Assembly: GCF_009914755.1 (NCBI RefSeq)
Contig: NC_060935.1
Length of the DNA: 64,000 nucleotides
Strand: one strand, 5' to 3'
DNA from: the human T2T-CHM13v2.0 reference genome, Homo sapiens
Shown here: in pieces, positions 27,351 through 40,700 of the stretch
How positions within the stretch are numbered: the stretch's first letter is position 1
How the letters are laid out: each line of letters begins with the position of its first letter
Made by a program: the position numbers and the translations under genes
Notes under the pieces: model-generated
What the model was told of the DNA's origin: nothing
Databases searched by the model: none
Seen by the model: the letters and a program-made list of their open reading frames with translations, nothing else

Positions 27351-27934
27351 CTAAGTTGACAATTTACGTATATTTATATAGAATTAAGTAAATTGCACGG
27401 GGAGTAGGAGAACAAGAGGCTTTTCTATTTCATTTTGTTTTCTTATCCTTGAAATAAAATGGACACAAAAGGTGTTGTGTCAAGACCATTCAATCAGAAT
27501 ATTTTGTCTCCTGCCTTTCTCAAGGTGCCACATCCTTACTTTTAAATTCTCCATCTCTGGGTCAGATGATCTCAGCTGTCCTTACTGGCGGGCTCTCTGC
27601 ATCCAGCCTCACCCTCTTTCAATCTGTCCTTTAGAGCAAGCTTTCAGTTACAAAAATCTGATCCCTTCTTGACTCTTGTGAGACGTTGTTATCACTGTCC
27701 GCATGTCCTTCAGGCAGGCACCCACAGGTCTGGCCTACCATGTAGAAGCCTCCCTAATCCTGCCCTGGCTAAACATGTGTGCTAATTGTATGTATTTTTA
27801 TAACAAATACTGAGTTTTGCTGCAAAATATCTTCCTTAAATAAGTCGTTTTTAAAAAGCTGCCATCACATCACACCTCCTATGGCTTTCCAAACATTCTG
27901 AGCTGTGTCTCCTCTTGTGTCTCTGTCCTTTGTT

Positions 27935-28324
27935 CACCTATCATTTAAGCAAAATAGGTGTAGTGTCTAGGGCCCGTGATACTTTTAGGGGCTAAAAAAT
28001 GTTTTAATTAAAAGAAAAACAATATAATCCACCTTGGATTATATTTATCTTTATACCAATGCAGTCATAATATAACATATATGTTATACACATACAATAA
28101 ATATATATGTTATATATATAACATATAATTATATGTTATATATATAACATATTATATGTTATATATAATAATAAATATATATATGTTATAGATATAATTA
28201 TATGTTATATATATATAGCATATATAACATATATATATAACATATATATATATTTATTTTACAGAGGACAAGACCCACGAAATCAAAAGTTCCCAAGAGC
28301 AATGAAATTTATAATGCCACCCTG
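27935..28324 (+). mobile_element. ORSL-like hAT-Tip100 element with an internal AT expansion
   Basis: ctagggcccgtgatacttttaggggc...aatataatcc...ggattatatt...cccacgaa...ataatgccaccctg. Confidence 0.62.
28067..28256. repeat. AT-rich degenerate (TA)n tract containing perfect palindromes
   Basis: 48-bp perfect palindrome at 28105-28152, checked base by base. Confidence 0.95.
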
Positions 28325-28554
28325 ACTCTCCCTTCTTTCTGTAAGACCCACAGTCCACATGGAGAAATCCTGCCCATTCTTAAAAAAATATTGGCCAAGT
28401 CTCATCTTCCATGAAGCCTTTCCTGACAACTCCTCTGAAGCATTTTAATTAATGCATGTATTTATTCATGTATATATCTACTTTTCTCTTTCATCGGCTC
28501 TTCCTCCAAGAAGGCAATTTCAAGCAGAGAGTAAAATAATCCTAGCTAAGAAAT

Positions 28555-28760
28555 AAGAACATTGATTATATGTCAAATCCAACGGTAAGTGCTTTACCCA
28601 AGTTCATCTGCTTTAGCCCCATACTATGGGGTAGACATTATTATTATCATCCTTATTTTACATTTGAGAATATGGAGGCTAAGAGAGATTGAAATGTTAT
28701 CAGTTACAAGTGGCAGAGTGAGGGCTTAAACCCGGGCCTGCTGGTTCTGGAGGCTGAAGT
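28555..28760 (-). mobile_element. MIR
   Basis: attattatcatccttattttaca...gaggctaagagag...agtggcagag. Confidence 0.72.
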
Positions 28761-29839
28761 TGGCTGTCTTGGTAGCAGTATACTGGGGAAGAGCCCTCTT
28801 CACTGGCTTCATGATTCCAAGTAGAGAGATATCAATACTGTAACATCTTTGGATTTTTTTTTCCATCCTCTACCTCTAGCCCTGGATGGAAGAATGACCA
28901 TGTGATGCCAAGCCCAGCCACTTTCCTCTTCATCTTCTCCCGTTGGAATTCACCTGTTTGGAGAGAGCACATTCTCTGGTTTGCTCCCTACCATTAGAGA
29001 AGTTTGGAAGGCCTGCAGCTCTTCAGCTCCTCCTTTTATGTCTATTTTGATATTCGTGAGGCTAACATACTCAACCATGTCTTCAACTTCTCACACAGTT
29101 GTAAAGCTGACACTTCAGTTAGTCTCTCCTTTGCTTTCATATTTGGGCACAGAAGAACAGTGAGAGTTCCTTGGGCTTTTAAAAACACCAACATGCTCCT
29201 AATCATAAGACACAAAGATAACTCACAGGAGGATTGGATAAACTATTTTGAAATAGAGAGGACTTTTTAGAAAAGGGGGATTCTGAGCTGAATTTTTAAT
29301 TGCCAATCTCTGTGTAGCAGAAACACAACATTGGTTTGAAAGTAAAATATTTTAATTCAACATTATATTGAGCTCCAGGATTACACTAACTAATTAAACA
29401 GACATCATTCTTAATGGCAGCAGTAGCAGTGGAAAATCTACTAATTTAAAGTACTTACTTACTATTACTTAGGGTATTAACACCTTACATGGTGTATTTC
29501 ATTTAATTCTCACAGTATCTCTTTGTTAGTAAATACCTTCTGTTTCATAGATGTATAAAGTATTATTCAGAGATGTTAAGTAATCTGCCCAAACAATCAG
29601 AAATAACGTAAAACAAAATTATAATTGAGGATTCAACCTATCTTTATATTATTCACGTAGTTATTTTTCACCATCTTGGTGCCTTGAATTCATCTCCTGT
29701 AGAGGTCTTATCTCTAGATATTTTGATGATGTGTTCCCCTGTCTGTCTCCTCTAATAGAATGTGAACTCCATGAGGGTAGAAATAGTATTCTACTCCTTT
29801 TTTATCTTCTGCTCTTAGCATATTTCATTTCTTCAGTGG

Positions 29840-30615
29840 TATCTGTCTTTTGAGTTCTGGTATTTGCTAGGTACAATATGCAGTGTGGGCCACAAGCTGG
29901 TGAACAAGACAGACATTATATCATTCCTACCCTACGGTGCTGATAGTTTATCAGGGTAAACATAAAATGCACAAGTTAAAAAAATAAGTAACTTAAGATC
30001 AATATAAGTACCGTGAGATAAAGAAACATATTGGGTAGGCTGGATAGAGGGAGCATGGACAAGGAAGGCCTCGCTGTAAATTCTAAGTTAAGACTTGAAG
30101 GATGGACAAGAGCCAAGTTCAGGGCACACAGATTTCAAGAGGAAGCAAAAAAAAATGTGTAAAGGATCTGACACGTGAAAGATCTTGACATGCTCAGAGT
30201 TAGAAGATGTGAAGAGTAGCAAATGAAATTTACAGAGCCTTGGGGAGAACTTTGGATTTTAATTCAAGTGCAATAGGCAGACACTAAAAAATAATAAACA
30301 AGTAATGATCATAGGGATGAAGAAAAAAGAATGTTGCTAACATTCTTCTGAAGAAAAAAGAATGTTGCTGACATTCTTCTGAAGATAAAATTGACAAAGA
30401 TTGCAGGTGATTGGTTGCAGGGTGAGGGAGGAGTCAAGGTTGACCTGAGGGAAGGCTTCCAGCATGAGCAACTGGATAAGTAGTGGTACCATTTACTAAG
30501 ATGGGGAAGGCTGGGGAAGCATAGACTGGAGAGCATACTGGGGCAGGTAGTAAGCATTAGCATGTTTGAGATTACTATCAGATATTCAAGCATGGTTGTA
30601 AAAAATTGACAAATG
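29840..30615 (-). mobile_element. L2 fragment
   Basis: gtgaacaagacagac...tttggattttaattc...gagggaggagtcaagg...gtggtaccatttactaagatgggg. Confidence 0.72.
30318..30385 (+). repeat. 31-bp tandem duplication of a hairpin-containing unit
   Basis: tgaagaaaaaagaatgttgct(a/g)acattcttc twice. Confidence 0.95.
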
Positions 30616-30950
30616 ACCACAGCTTATCTCTATTTGGTTACATTATTGCCATTTGTTGGTGGGCATGTTATACACCTGGATGCAGAAATAAGTATGTGCA
30701 TAAGTCAAAGTAACAAACGTACATCCTTAGAATGGTATTAAAATATAGTCAAATACCTAGTGTAAAAATATTTTACTATGGGTACAATATATTTTCGCAC
30801 AGGTTGCTCCAGGTTTTTATAACTAGTATAAAAACTGAATTACACAAATTCTCAAATTCATACTATGTGCAGTGGTAATTAGCAATTAAACAGCTGAAAA
30901 AATATTTCCACGTTCTAAGACATATGAGTGTGTATGTATCCTAAGGCAAC

Positions 30951-31183
30951 ATGTATGTATGTGTGTATGTATGTATGAATAAGACAGGGTCTCACTCTGT
31001 CACTAAGGCTGGAGTGCAGTGGTGTGGTCATAAAGCACCTTATAACCAAAGTCCTGGGATCAAGCAATCCTCTTGTCTTAGCCTCCTGAATAGCTGGGAC
31101 TACAGGTGAGTGCCATTATGTTAGGCTAAGTTTTTAAAAAAATTTTTCTAGAGATGGGTTTTTTTTATGTTGCCCAGGTTGGC
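30951..31183 (-). mobile_element. AluJ, 5'-truncated, with a (TATG)n tail
   Basis: agacagggtctcactctgtc...caagcaatcctc...tgttgcccagg. Confidence 0.88.
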
Positions 31184-31286
31184 TTTTGTTACCTGAACGA
31201 AGTATGGAATAGCTCTGACTTCCAAAGATAACAGCTTTTCATTGGCACATCTAAAGATATAAAGATGCACAAATAAATTTCCTAGT

Positions 31287-31423
31287 TTTTAAAAATTATA
31301 CTTTAAGTTCTAGGGTACATGTGCACAACGTGCACGTTTGATATATAGGTATACATGTGCCATGTTGGTTTGCTGTACTCATCAACTCGTCATTTACATT
31401 AGGTATTTCTCCTAATGCTATCC
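31287..31423 (-). mobile_element. L1PA (about PA5-7) extreme 3' end
   Basis: ttatactttaagttctagggtacatgtgcacaacgtgc...cctaatgctatcc. Confidence 0.92.
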
Positions 31424-32654
31424 GATTTAATGAAGCAGATTTTAAGAAGCAGAGATGTTAGGAAGATGTTAAGATGTTCTTTTGGGAGAATAGGGATGTT
31501 CCCTATTCTCCCAAGAGCCAGTATACATCCCTATCGAATGTTGGCTTGAAGCTATTTTCAGAAATATTTTTGTATGCTGAAAAAGTGCAATTGTGACTGA
31601 AAACAAGAGTAAATCTCCCATCTCTCACCCCTGCCTTGCATTTACTTCAACCATAGTTCTAGAAATCTGGCTTGGAATAGAGCTGAGAGTGAAATATTAA
31701 GACACGAGGTTTGCACCTTCAGGATGCAGCTCTTTATCCTCTAACGTATACTCATTTGGACAACAGTAACAATGCAGCTTGCAAAAGGGCAAGGCCACCT
31801 TCTAGCTTCTAGCAGGGAACAAGACATATGCAAATGAACATTTACTCTCCTGCTAAGCAAACATGGTCAGTTATTACAATGGGCCAATGAGGGTATAGTA
31901 AAACATCACAATATGAAAAATAAACAGAATTTAAATGAAAAAATATTAATCATAGAGCTAAATGCCTGGTATGGAAATATCATTTGAGAACATGGAGGGG
32001 ACAAATCTCATAATACATTTCCAAATAAATGATGACAGTTTTCATTAGATGTCTGTGAAGGGCATTAAATATATTCTGCTGAAAAATTTTATAAGAGAAC
32101 TACCTTGCAATTTTGTCAGTGTGGTATTAATATGTTTGACCCAATAGGTAGACTTATAAAATCTATAGTGTAGCTCAGATAAAAATATACATCTTTAGAT
32201 CTGAATTTTTCCAAGATATCTCTATGTTACTCCGATAAAATATTGATAAGATTGAGATAACAACTATTATAAGAAATAGCTTAGAAATGCCCTAAAAAGA
32301 CTAAAAATTTGCAATTTCTTTCCCTGCTTTGCCTTATTTTCTCTACTGAAATCTTGTAGACAAGGCTTCTATGTTTCCTCAACACTCTGATTAGGACTGT
32401 ATTTAAGGCTTCTTTCTGTTTCCCAGTGCTCTGATCCTTGTGAGGACTCAGGACCACTTGTGGCCTTGTGTGAAGGCCATCAGTGGTAACTGAATGGTTC
32501 TAAGCACAATTATCTAACTCTGAGACTCTGCTACTTACCTTTCTTTAATGGCTTCCCATTGCCACCTGGATAGCATTCGAACTCCTTAGCCAAGTTTACA
32601 GAGCCCTTTCTCACTAGCCCTTATCCATAGCCTCATCTTCTGCCCTCACACATA

Positions 32655-33951
32655 CGAAGAGTCTTCAAAAACTTCATAAAAAATGCATCTCTGCTTCATG
32701 AAAAAACTATGCACAGATTTCAAACTTTTTTTTTGCATCAAAATAAACTTATACTAACTTGTTATAACATGTCTGAACAGGATCTAGTTTGAGATACTAA
32801 GAAGCATAAGGCATCAGTTTGAAAACAGCCAATATGAGAGCACACGAATTCTGCCAAAAGTGAAGCAAGAACAAACATCAAATACATGGTGAAGCTTGGG
32901 TAAAAGAATGCGAAATCATTGATGTTTTACAGAAAGTTTATAAGGACAATGCCTCAAAGAAATCATCAGACTCCAAATGGATCATTCATTTTAAGAAGGG
33001 ATAAGATGGTATTGAAGATGAAGCCCACAGGGGCAGACCAACCACATCAATTAGTGAGGAAAAATTAGTCCATGCTCTAATTGAAAAGCACTGATGATTA
33101 ACAGCAGAAACAATAACCAACACCATAGATGTCTCAATTGATTCAGCTTACATAATTCTGACTGAGAAATTAAAGTTGAGCAAACTGTCCACTCAATGGA
33201 CAAATGCTAAGGAATGCCAAAACCATTACATTTAGATTAACTGCAGATAAAAGCAGAGATTTGAATGGAAATTTTAAAAAGTGTGATCAAGCTCCTGATG
33301 CGTGTATTCAAGTAATTATGATGGAACCTGAAACGTGGCTTTACAAGTACAATTCTGAAGACACAGCACAATCAAAGCAATAGCTAGCAAGAGGTGAAAA
33401 TTGCCCAGTCAAAAGAGCAAAGGTCATGGCAACAGTTTTTTGGGGATGCTGAAGGCATTTTGCTTATTGACTTTCTGAAGCGCCAAAGAATGAAAACATC
33501 TGCTTATTATGAGAGTGTTTTGAGAAAGTTAGCCAAGGCCTTAGCAGAAAAACACCCAAGATAACTTCATCAAAAAGTTTTTGTCCACCATAACAATGCT
33601 TCTGCTCATTCTCCTTATCATAAAAGGGCAATTTTGCAAGATTTTCTGTAGAAAATCATTAGGCATCCACCTTACAGTTTTGATTTGGCTCCTTCCGACT
33701 TCTTTTTGTTTCTTAAAACATCTGTAGAGGTCACTCATTTTTCTTCGGTTGACAATATCAAAAAGACTGCTTTGATATGGTTAAATTCCCAGAAACTTTG
33801 GTTCTTCAGGGGTGGACTGAATAGCTAGTATCATTGCTTACAAAAGTGTCTTACTTAAACTTGATGGAGCTTCTATTGAGAAATAAAGTTTATATGTTTT
33901 TATTTTTACCTTTTAATTCCATTTTTTAATGTACTTTTTGAAGTCCCCTCA
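32655..33951 (+). mobile_element. Full-length Hsmar2 mariner transposon (1297 bp)
   Basis: About 31-bp TIRs (cgaagagtcttcaaaaacttcat / gtactttttgaagtcccctca); TA TSD at 32653-54 and 33952-53. Confidence 0.95.
32844..33886 (+). pseudogene. Hsmar2 transposase pseudogene
   Basis: ACG in place of ATG, then NSAKSEARTNIKYMVKLG. HHNNA and PYSFDLAPSDF motifs keep the 34-residue spacing. Multiple stops (e.g. TAG at 33649) and frameshifts. Confidence 0.92.
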
Positions 33952-35504
33952 TACCTGACAATCCTGCTAGAGCCATTGCCCACATACATTTTTTTCTGAC
34001 TGTTATATCTCACTATTTCCTTGACCTATGACCTGATTGCCCTTCAAAACCCACACCTAGAAAGGTGTTCACCTAGTTAACTCCTGCTTGTTCTTGTTTT
34101 TAGACTCAATCAACTCATCATCTCTTTCAGAGAGCCTGTACCATTTCCATCACTCTGGCATATTGCCAAAGCACCCTACCCTTACCCTGATTATGGCACT
34201 TCCATCATGTTATTAAAATTATTTATTTCTATACTTATCTTTATTACAAGACCTAGAGTTGCTTGAATAAAGAAGCTTCATCTTCTATTGCCGTCACCTA
34301 GCACACTACCAATGGGTATTCAATGTGTGTTTTTGCTTGTTTTGTTTTTTGATTGAACAAAACAATTCAATACTCATTTCATTCTACCTTGTCCCAAATC
34401 TCCTTGCTCATCACTTGCAGAGATATTCCCTAGCCTTGAAAATAAGAGTGTGTCATTTCAGGGGCAAATCAATAGGCTTCTCTTAAGTAATGGGCAGTTG
34501 GAAATAAGAAAGGAGGATTTGCTTTGATCAAGTTAAGGTTACCCTAGAGAGTAAAGTATGACAGTCAAGGTCTGCCACAATGTGACAAAACATGTTAATT
34601 TCACAAAGGGAGCCTCTCAGAGTTTTGCAGAGGGAGTAGACATGGTCATCTGGGAGTATACAAAATAGCTCGTAATCCTCCTAAAGTTTCTTTTTCGATT
34701 TTGGCAGAGTTGTAATTGACCACCCACACAGGCTAGATAATGTAAAATCTTTTGTGTGTAAACTCCTGGGAAGCCTCATTCAAATGTGGCTAGCATGGAA
34801 GGGACAACTTTTGTGTATATATGTGCGTGCACTTTATTTTTAAAAATAGCATTCTAAAATCTGGCTGATAATGAAAATAATAAGCAATGCTAGTTTACAG
34901 GTAAACTCACTGCAGTTTTTTTAGAGGCAAACTTCACCAAAAAATGCACAGTTCCTGCATTTCAATCAAACACATCCCTGGAGACTGGTCTTTAATGCTG
35001 ACCTGGGAAAGTTAGTCTTCCTGAATATGAGCCATTGTCTTTGTCTTATTTGTTACAGGAGGGTGGAGAAATGAAATTACCTGGTAAAAACAAGCAAAGA
35101 GGAGTTTAAGTGTCATGAGGCAGCATCCTCGTTTGTGGTGACTTTCATTTCAGTTGGCTTCATGAAACATTTATCATGTAGCTACCATGTGCCAAAGCTA
35201 GGTCCTGGCGTTATGGAGGTGAGAATGCCATTGCCTAAAAGACATTAATCAGTAAGTAAGGGCTTGTGTTCTAAGTAAATTCCTACTCTATTAAAAACAT
35301 TCTTTAAATGCAATTTTCTCAAAAAACAAAAAAAAAAAGCAAAACAAAACACCTGTCTCTGTCCTGGGTCCCACAGCACCCTGTTCATTGCTGTATTCTG
35401 CCTAGTAAATGTTAGTGATTATTATTATTATGCTCTTTCTCACAATATTCTGATATTGTTGGCTTCTGGGTTTTCCTGTAGACTAGAATCTCCTTAGAAA
35501 AAAG

Positions 35505-35755
35505 GGGCTGTGGTGAAGTAGGCAGGAACATGGATGCTGCTTTATAGCACATGGGTTCAAATCTGAAGTCTGCATTTATTAGATGAGTGATTTCAGGCAA
35601 GGTATTTAATAGCTCTGTGCCTCAGTTTCCCCACCTGTAAAATGGGAATAATATTACCCACTTCAAATGGCTGTAATTATGACAAATGAGTTGATATATG
35701 TATATGTTTAGAACAGTGCTTTACAGGGAGTAAGCACTCAGTAATATTAGCTATT
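35505..35755 (+). mobile_element. MIR, near full length
   Basis: ctctgtgcctcagtttccccacctgtaaaatgggaataata...taagcactcagtaatattagctatt. Confidence 0.88.
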
Positions 35756-35879
35756 TGAAATTTTCATACATACACACAAAGTACCTGGCTCTGTGTAAAA
35801 GCTGCTTGTCTACACTGCCAGTTCTAGCTTTTAGCTTAAGGTCTTACCTATAATAGATGTTAGTATGCATTGTTAGTTG

Positions 35880-36667
35880 GTGTTTCCACTAACCTTGTCT
35901 AAGAGAGAAACCTGGGACTTATCCTCAAAAACATCCTCACCCTTTCCCTCCACATCCCATCTGGCATCCACCTTCTTCATTCTAACTCCACGCCAGCTCT
36001 TTAGTCATGCTCCATCATCCCTCTCGCCACTGCTGTAGTTTAAGTTCTCATCACTGCATGCCTGGACACTGCAGGAATCTTGAAATTGTTCTGTGTCCTT
36101 CTACTTTGATACCATGTGGTCAATTTTCAATGTCACAATCTGAGAGGTCTTTAAAAATATGAAACAGGTAAAATCACACCCCAGCGGAAAACTTTTAATG
36201 GGTTTTCCTGAGACTGAAAACAAAAGTCTTAATGTGGTTATAGAACTAGAATGTGATCTTATCCCTCATCAGCACCTCAGCTTCACCTTGGGTTGCCTGT
36301 GAGTCTGTTACCATTTCCTTGAAGGTAGTGATCTCTGCCTTCTCTCAGGATCTTCCATTTGCTTGGAATGCTCTTTCTCTTGACTGTTTCTATCTTTTAG
36401 GGCTTAGCCTAAAACTCACTTGTGCAGAGAAGCCTTCCCTGGCTCCCCATCCTCACCATACCCAGTCATTACCTAGCCCTCCCCTTCACGTCAGCTAGCA
36501 CGGTTTGTGTGCACACAGACTTATCTGAGAGATTGTTTTTCATTGTTCATCTCTCCACCAGTTTGTAAGTTTCACAAGGACAGGTGCTATGTTTGTTTCA
36601 TCCAGTTTATCCTCAATGCTTAGCAAAATTCTTGGTGCTCAATAAATAATTAGCAAGCAAATGAATG
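35880..36667 (+). mobile_element. L2 3' fragment
   Basis: Ends ggtgctcaataaataattagcaagcaaatgaatg. Confidence 0.72.
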
Positions 36668-37289
36668 TCCAATAACTATTTAATAAATGTATAGGTTGCA
36701 GCAATGAATGAACTATAATAAAATATTTTAGATCTGCTCTGTAACAAACACTAGGGCTCTGATATGCTTTGCTTATTTTCTTTTCTCTGCCTGTCATGAT
36801 TTTACTGCTGAAGAAGCTATATTACAAAACATCTAAATACAGAGAAAGGGCCATTTCCACTCAGAGGAAATTAAATGTATCTTTGATCTCAGTCACTGGA
36901 AGTTCCTGTGAAAAAAAAAAACCCCAAATTCATTCCTGCAAAGAAGCTCTCGGCAGTGAGCAGTGTACATCATGTCTGGTCTTGTTGTGATGTGTGTGTA
37001 TGAATATATGTAGAATCATTTCCAGCCTTCCAGAAACCATATTTCAAGAAGCCTATATTAAAACACTCATAAAATACTAATTCAGCCAATAACTATACAT
37101 GGCAGTGACCTGGGGTGAGAAGGACAAGAAGTGAATTAGATGTGCAGAGATGAGAACATTGAGACCCTGAACAAGACTAGGTGAAAAATGAAAGTTATAC
37201 ATATATATGGAATTGAAGACTGATTAGAGACCCGGAGAAGGTTAGAGATGACAGGAATCTTCATGAATATTTGATAGAAAATAAGAAGA

Positions 37290-37552
37290 GGACAGTAACA
37301 CAGGGCTGAAGATAGAGGTTTAGAATCAGACAGACCTGTGTTCAAATCGTGGCTTTGCTACTTATAGCTTTGAGATTTTGGCCAAATTATTTGACCTTCC
37401 ATATTTGCAATTTATTATCTAAAAATAGAGACAATAATACTTTTCTTAGAAGATTTTTGTGTGACATATATAGCATAATGCACATAATAATATAATGTAT
37501 GTAGCACAGTGCTAGGCATACTCTGAGTCCTCAACAAGGGTTGTTGTTATTA
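37290..37552 (+). mobile_element. MIR
   Basis: tagaatcagacagacctgtgttcaaatc...tagcacagtgctaggcata. Confidence 0.78.
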
Positions 37553-37789
37553 TATAAATCTATTATTTTATGAATGGAAAATATAGGAGGGACTCAAAGG
37601 GAAAACACAATTTGCCAAATGCTATATGACAAGGTAGAGATCAGACAAGGACTGTCATATATGCCTAATAATTGCCGGGTTTTTATTCCTTTCTCCTCCC
37701 TACTCCTCCTTTCCCTTCCTATCCTTCCTCACACACATTATAGAAGATAACAGCAACAGGTGGAGGACAATGCAAAAGCCACTAAAAGG

Positions 37790-40700
37790 ATTTTCTGGTT
37801 TTGGCAATATGTCTATTAAACGACTTAATTTGAGAAACTTCCTGTTATTAGCAACCCCCGTTATGGCATGTATATAAACTGAAAAAAGATAAAAAAAATT
37901 CTTTATATGCTTAAGCTCAGTTTGAAATAAAGAAATTTAATTCTTCAGTTTCAGGAAATGCAGTGAGAGCTGAACACAATCTGAGAGCTGATAATTTAGC
38001 TGCCTGGAGCCAAGACAGGGATGGGAATACAGTCAGTTTCTATAATATTTCATTACAACTTGAGGACATGAGATGATATCTTGGTCCTGGATGAGACAGG
38101 TAGTTTTAACCGAGACTTTTGTATAAATCTAGGGCTGTAAAGGATGGGATAGAAAAAAGCCAGTTTTCCATGTGGCAGAGGAGATGCAGAGAGATTGTGT
38201 GCAAGTTCATGTTGTAGCTTGTGTCTAAACTCTAGTTGAGAAAAAAGACAAATATTTAAATCTTGAATCTATGTTTCATGTAGATTTGAGGTTCAAATGT
38301 AAGTAGGGGGGTAAACTTTGCATCAGGAAACTTCAAGCTGAAAAATTAGTATGATTGGTTGTAGTTTAGCGATGCTCATTCAATGCATGGTAGACAAAAA
38401 ATGCAAAAGCACTTCTGCAAAGAGAATCTTTCAATAACAATGATTAGTAGCCTGAGAACACTGTTAATAGAAGAATGTAAAAAGAATAATAAATTAAGTA
38501 TACTTAAATAATTACAAATATTAAAAAATAAATTTAAACTATAAGTCAATAATAAAACAAACAGGTGTGATAAAGAACTAAGTAGAACTTCTAGATACAA
38601 AAAAATGCAATGCATGACTACCAAAAATTAAACAAAAGATTAGAGACAGAAAAAGAGAAAGTGAACTGAAATGTATCTAAGGAAACTGTTCCGAATGCAG
38701 TACTGAGAGAAAAAAAAGACTAAAAATACAAAAATGATTAAAGAAAAATAGAAAAAAAGAGTAAGAAAATCCAAAAGTATTTCTCATAGTAGTTTGAAAA
38801 TAGAAAATAGAAGAAATGTGGGAGTGTGGGTGATGCAATATTTAAAGAAATCATTACCAAGAACTTTGTAAAACTGGCAAAAGCCATTATCCCTTACATT
38901 TAAAGTCCAGTGAACTTCATGCAGAATAAACAAAATAAACCTAGACCTAGAACTAGCATAGAAAATTACGGAATACCGAAACAGAGAGAAATCATTAAGA
39001 TAACATTTTAAAAAGACAGATTACTTAGAAAGAAATTACTGCTAATCTGAGATATGACTTCTCATTAGCAGACAAGAGGCTAGGGGAAATGGAATAGTAT
39101 TTTTAAAGGCTTGAAAACATAAAATTATTACAACAGAATTCTATACTCAGATAAAGTTCATTCCAAAGTAAAGACAAATAAAGTTTGTAGTTACATTCGA
39201 ACTGAAGTAATTTTTCACTTATAAACTTTAGATGAAAATTATAATAGGGTATATGTTAAGAAAAAGAAAATAGAACCTAGAATGAAGCCATGAGATAAAG
39301 AAATGGTGAGTATAAAGTCTGGTTAACACATGGATAAGCCTAAGATAAAGACTGATTATACAAATGACAATAATACTTAATTTAGGGAGAGTAAAACAGA
39401 AAACTAAAATACTAGAGAACAATAGTAGGTGATACAGAAGAAAATGACTTGGCACAATGTGTTCTAAGATCCTTATGCTGCTAGAAAGGATGGTGAAGAT
39501 ACTGATTAACTTCAAAAACGTTAAGGTAGTCAACAAAATAGTAGAAAAAAAGCATGCATACATTCTTAGAAAATTGAAGGGTGTAAAAAAGGCAAAATAA
39601 AGAAAACTTTATCAATTTAACAGAAGATTAAAAAAGGAGGGAAACCAAGAAGAAGAAAGATGTTAAACAAATAGATAATAATCATAATAAATATAAATGT
39701 ATTTATTATGTAATATATAACATTCTGTATTAAATGTATTTATTATGTAATATATAACATATTATATATATTACATAATAAATATAAATAGTCTAAACTT
39801 GACTTTTCACAAGAGACACAACTAAAACATAAAAATACAAAATGGCTAAAAATACAGATATGAGAAAAAGATATGTTAGAAAAAATATAAGCTGATCAAG
39901 TAAAATTGGTATAGATATAATAACAGATAAAGTAGTCTTTAGGGCAAAATGAATTACTAGGAATAAAGGGTCATCATATAACAAGTAAAATGATCTCTCA
40001 GGGAGTCTGATATAATAGAGTTGACTTAAAATATGTAAAGCCAAAATTGAGAGAACTACAAAGAGAAGTTGGCAAGTCCATAGTCATATTTGATAGATTT
40101 TAATGAAATTATCTTGGTAATTAATAGATGAAAGAAATAAAAAATTATTAAAACTATAGTAGTGATAAACATTAGCAAGCACGATCTAATTAACCACACT
40201 AGAGAACATATTCTTTTTGAGCATACATGTTATATTTCAAAAGGTTGATTGTGTACTATAAAACAAAGCAAATCTCAATATATACTAATGAATCAGTATC
40301 ACGGAATACAATGTCTTTCCATGATGCAAAAAAAGAAGGAATATCAATAGCAAAGTACATTTATAAATTCACTGTGAGGTTGACAATTATAAAACACAAT
40401 TCTAATTAACTAATGAATTAAAGAAAAAGTAGAGTGGAAATTAGAATATACTTAAAAATGGATGATAATAAAAATAATACATTTCAAAACTTGTGTTGTA
40501 TAGCTAATGCAGTTCTTGGGGGGAATTTATGGCCATTACATGCTTATATTAGAAAAGAAGCAGGCTGAAAATTAGCTGAGCATTCAACTACAGTATTAAG
40601 ATAATTAAACAATAAGAGAATAAACACCTATAACAGAAAGTAACAATAAAATATATTAACAAAAATGTGTGAAACAAAAGGTAAATATAAAGTGGAAAAG

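Larger units (their letters stand above)
32530..34370 (+). mobile_element. L2, split by Hsmar2
   Basis: aatggcttcccattgcc before the transposon; L2 3' end cctagcaca...ttgaa after it. Confidence 0.55.

Noticed and set aside
32844-33886. Functional or domesticated mariner transposase
   Set aside because: Start codon lost, stops and frameshifts present, and two of three catalytic Asp residues mutated.
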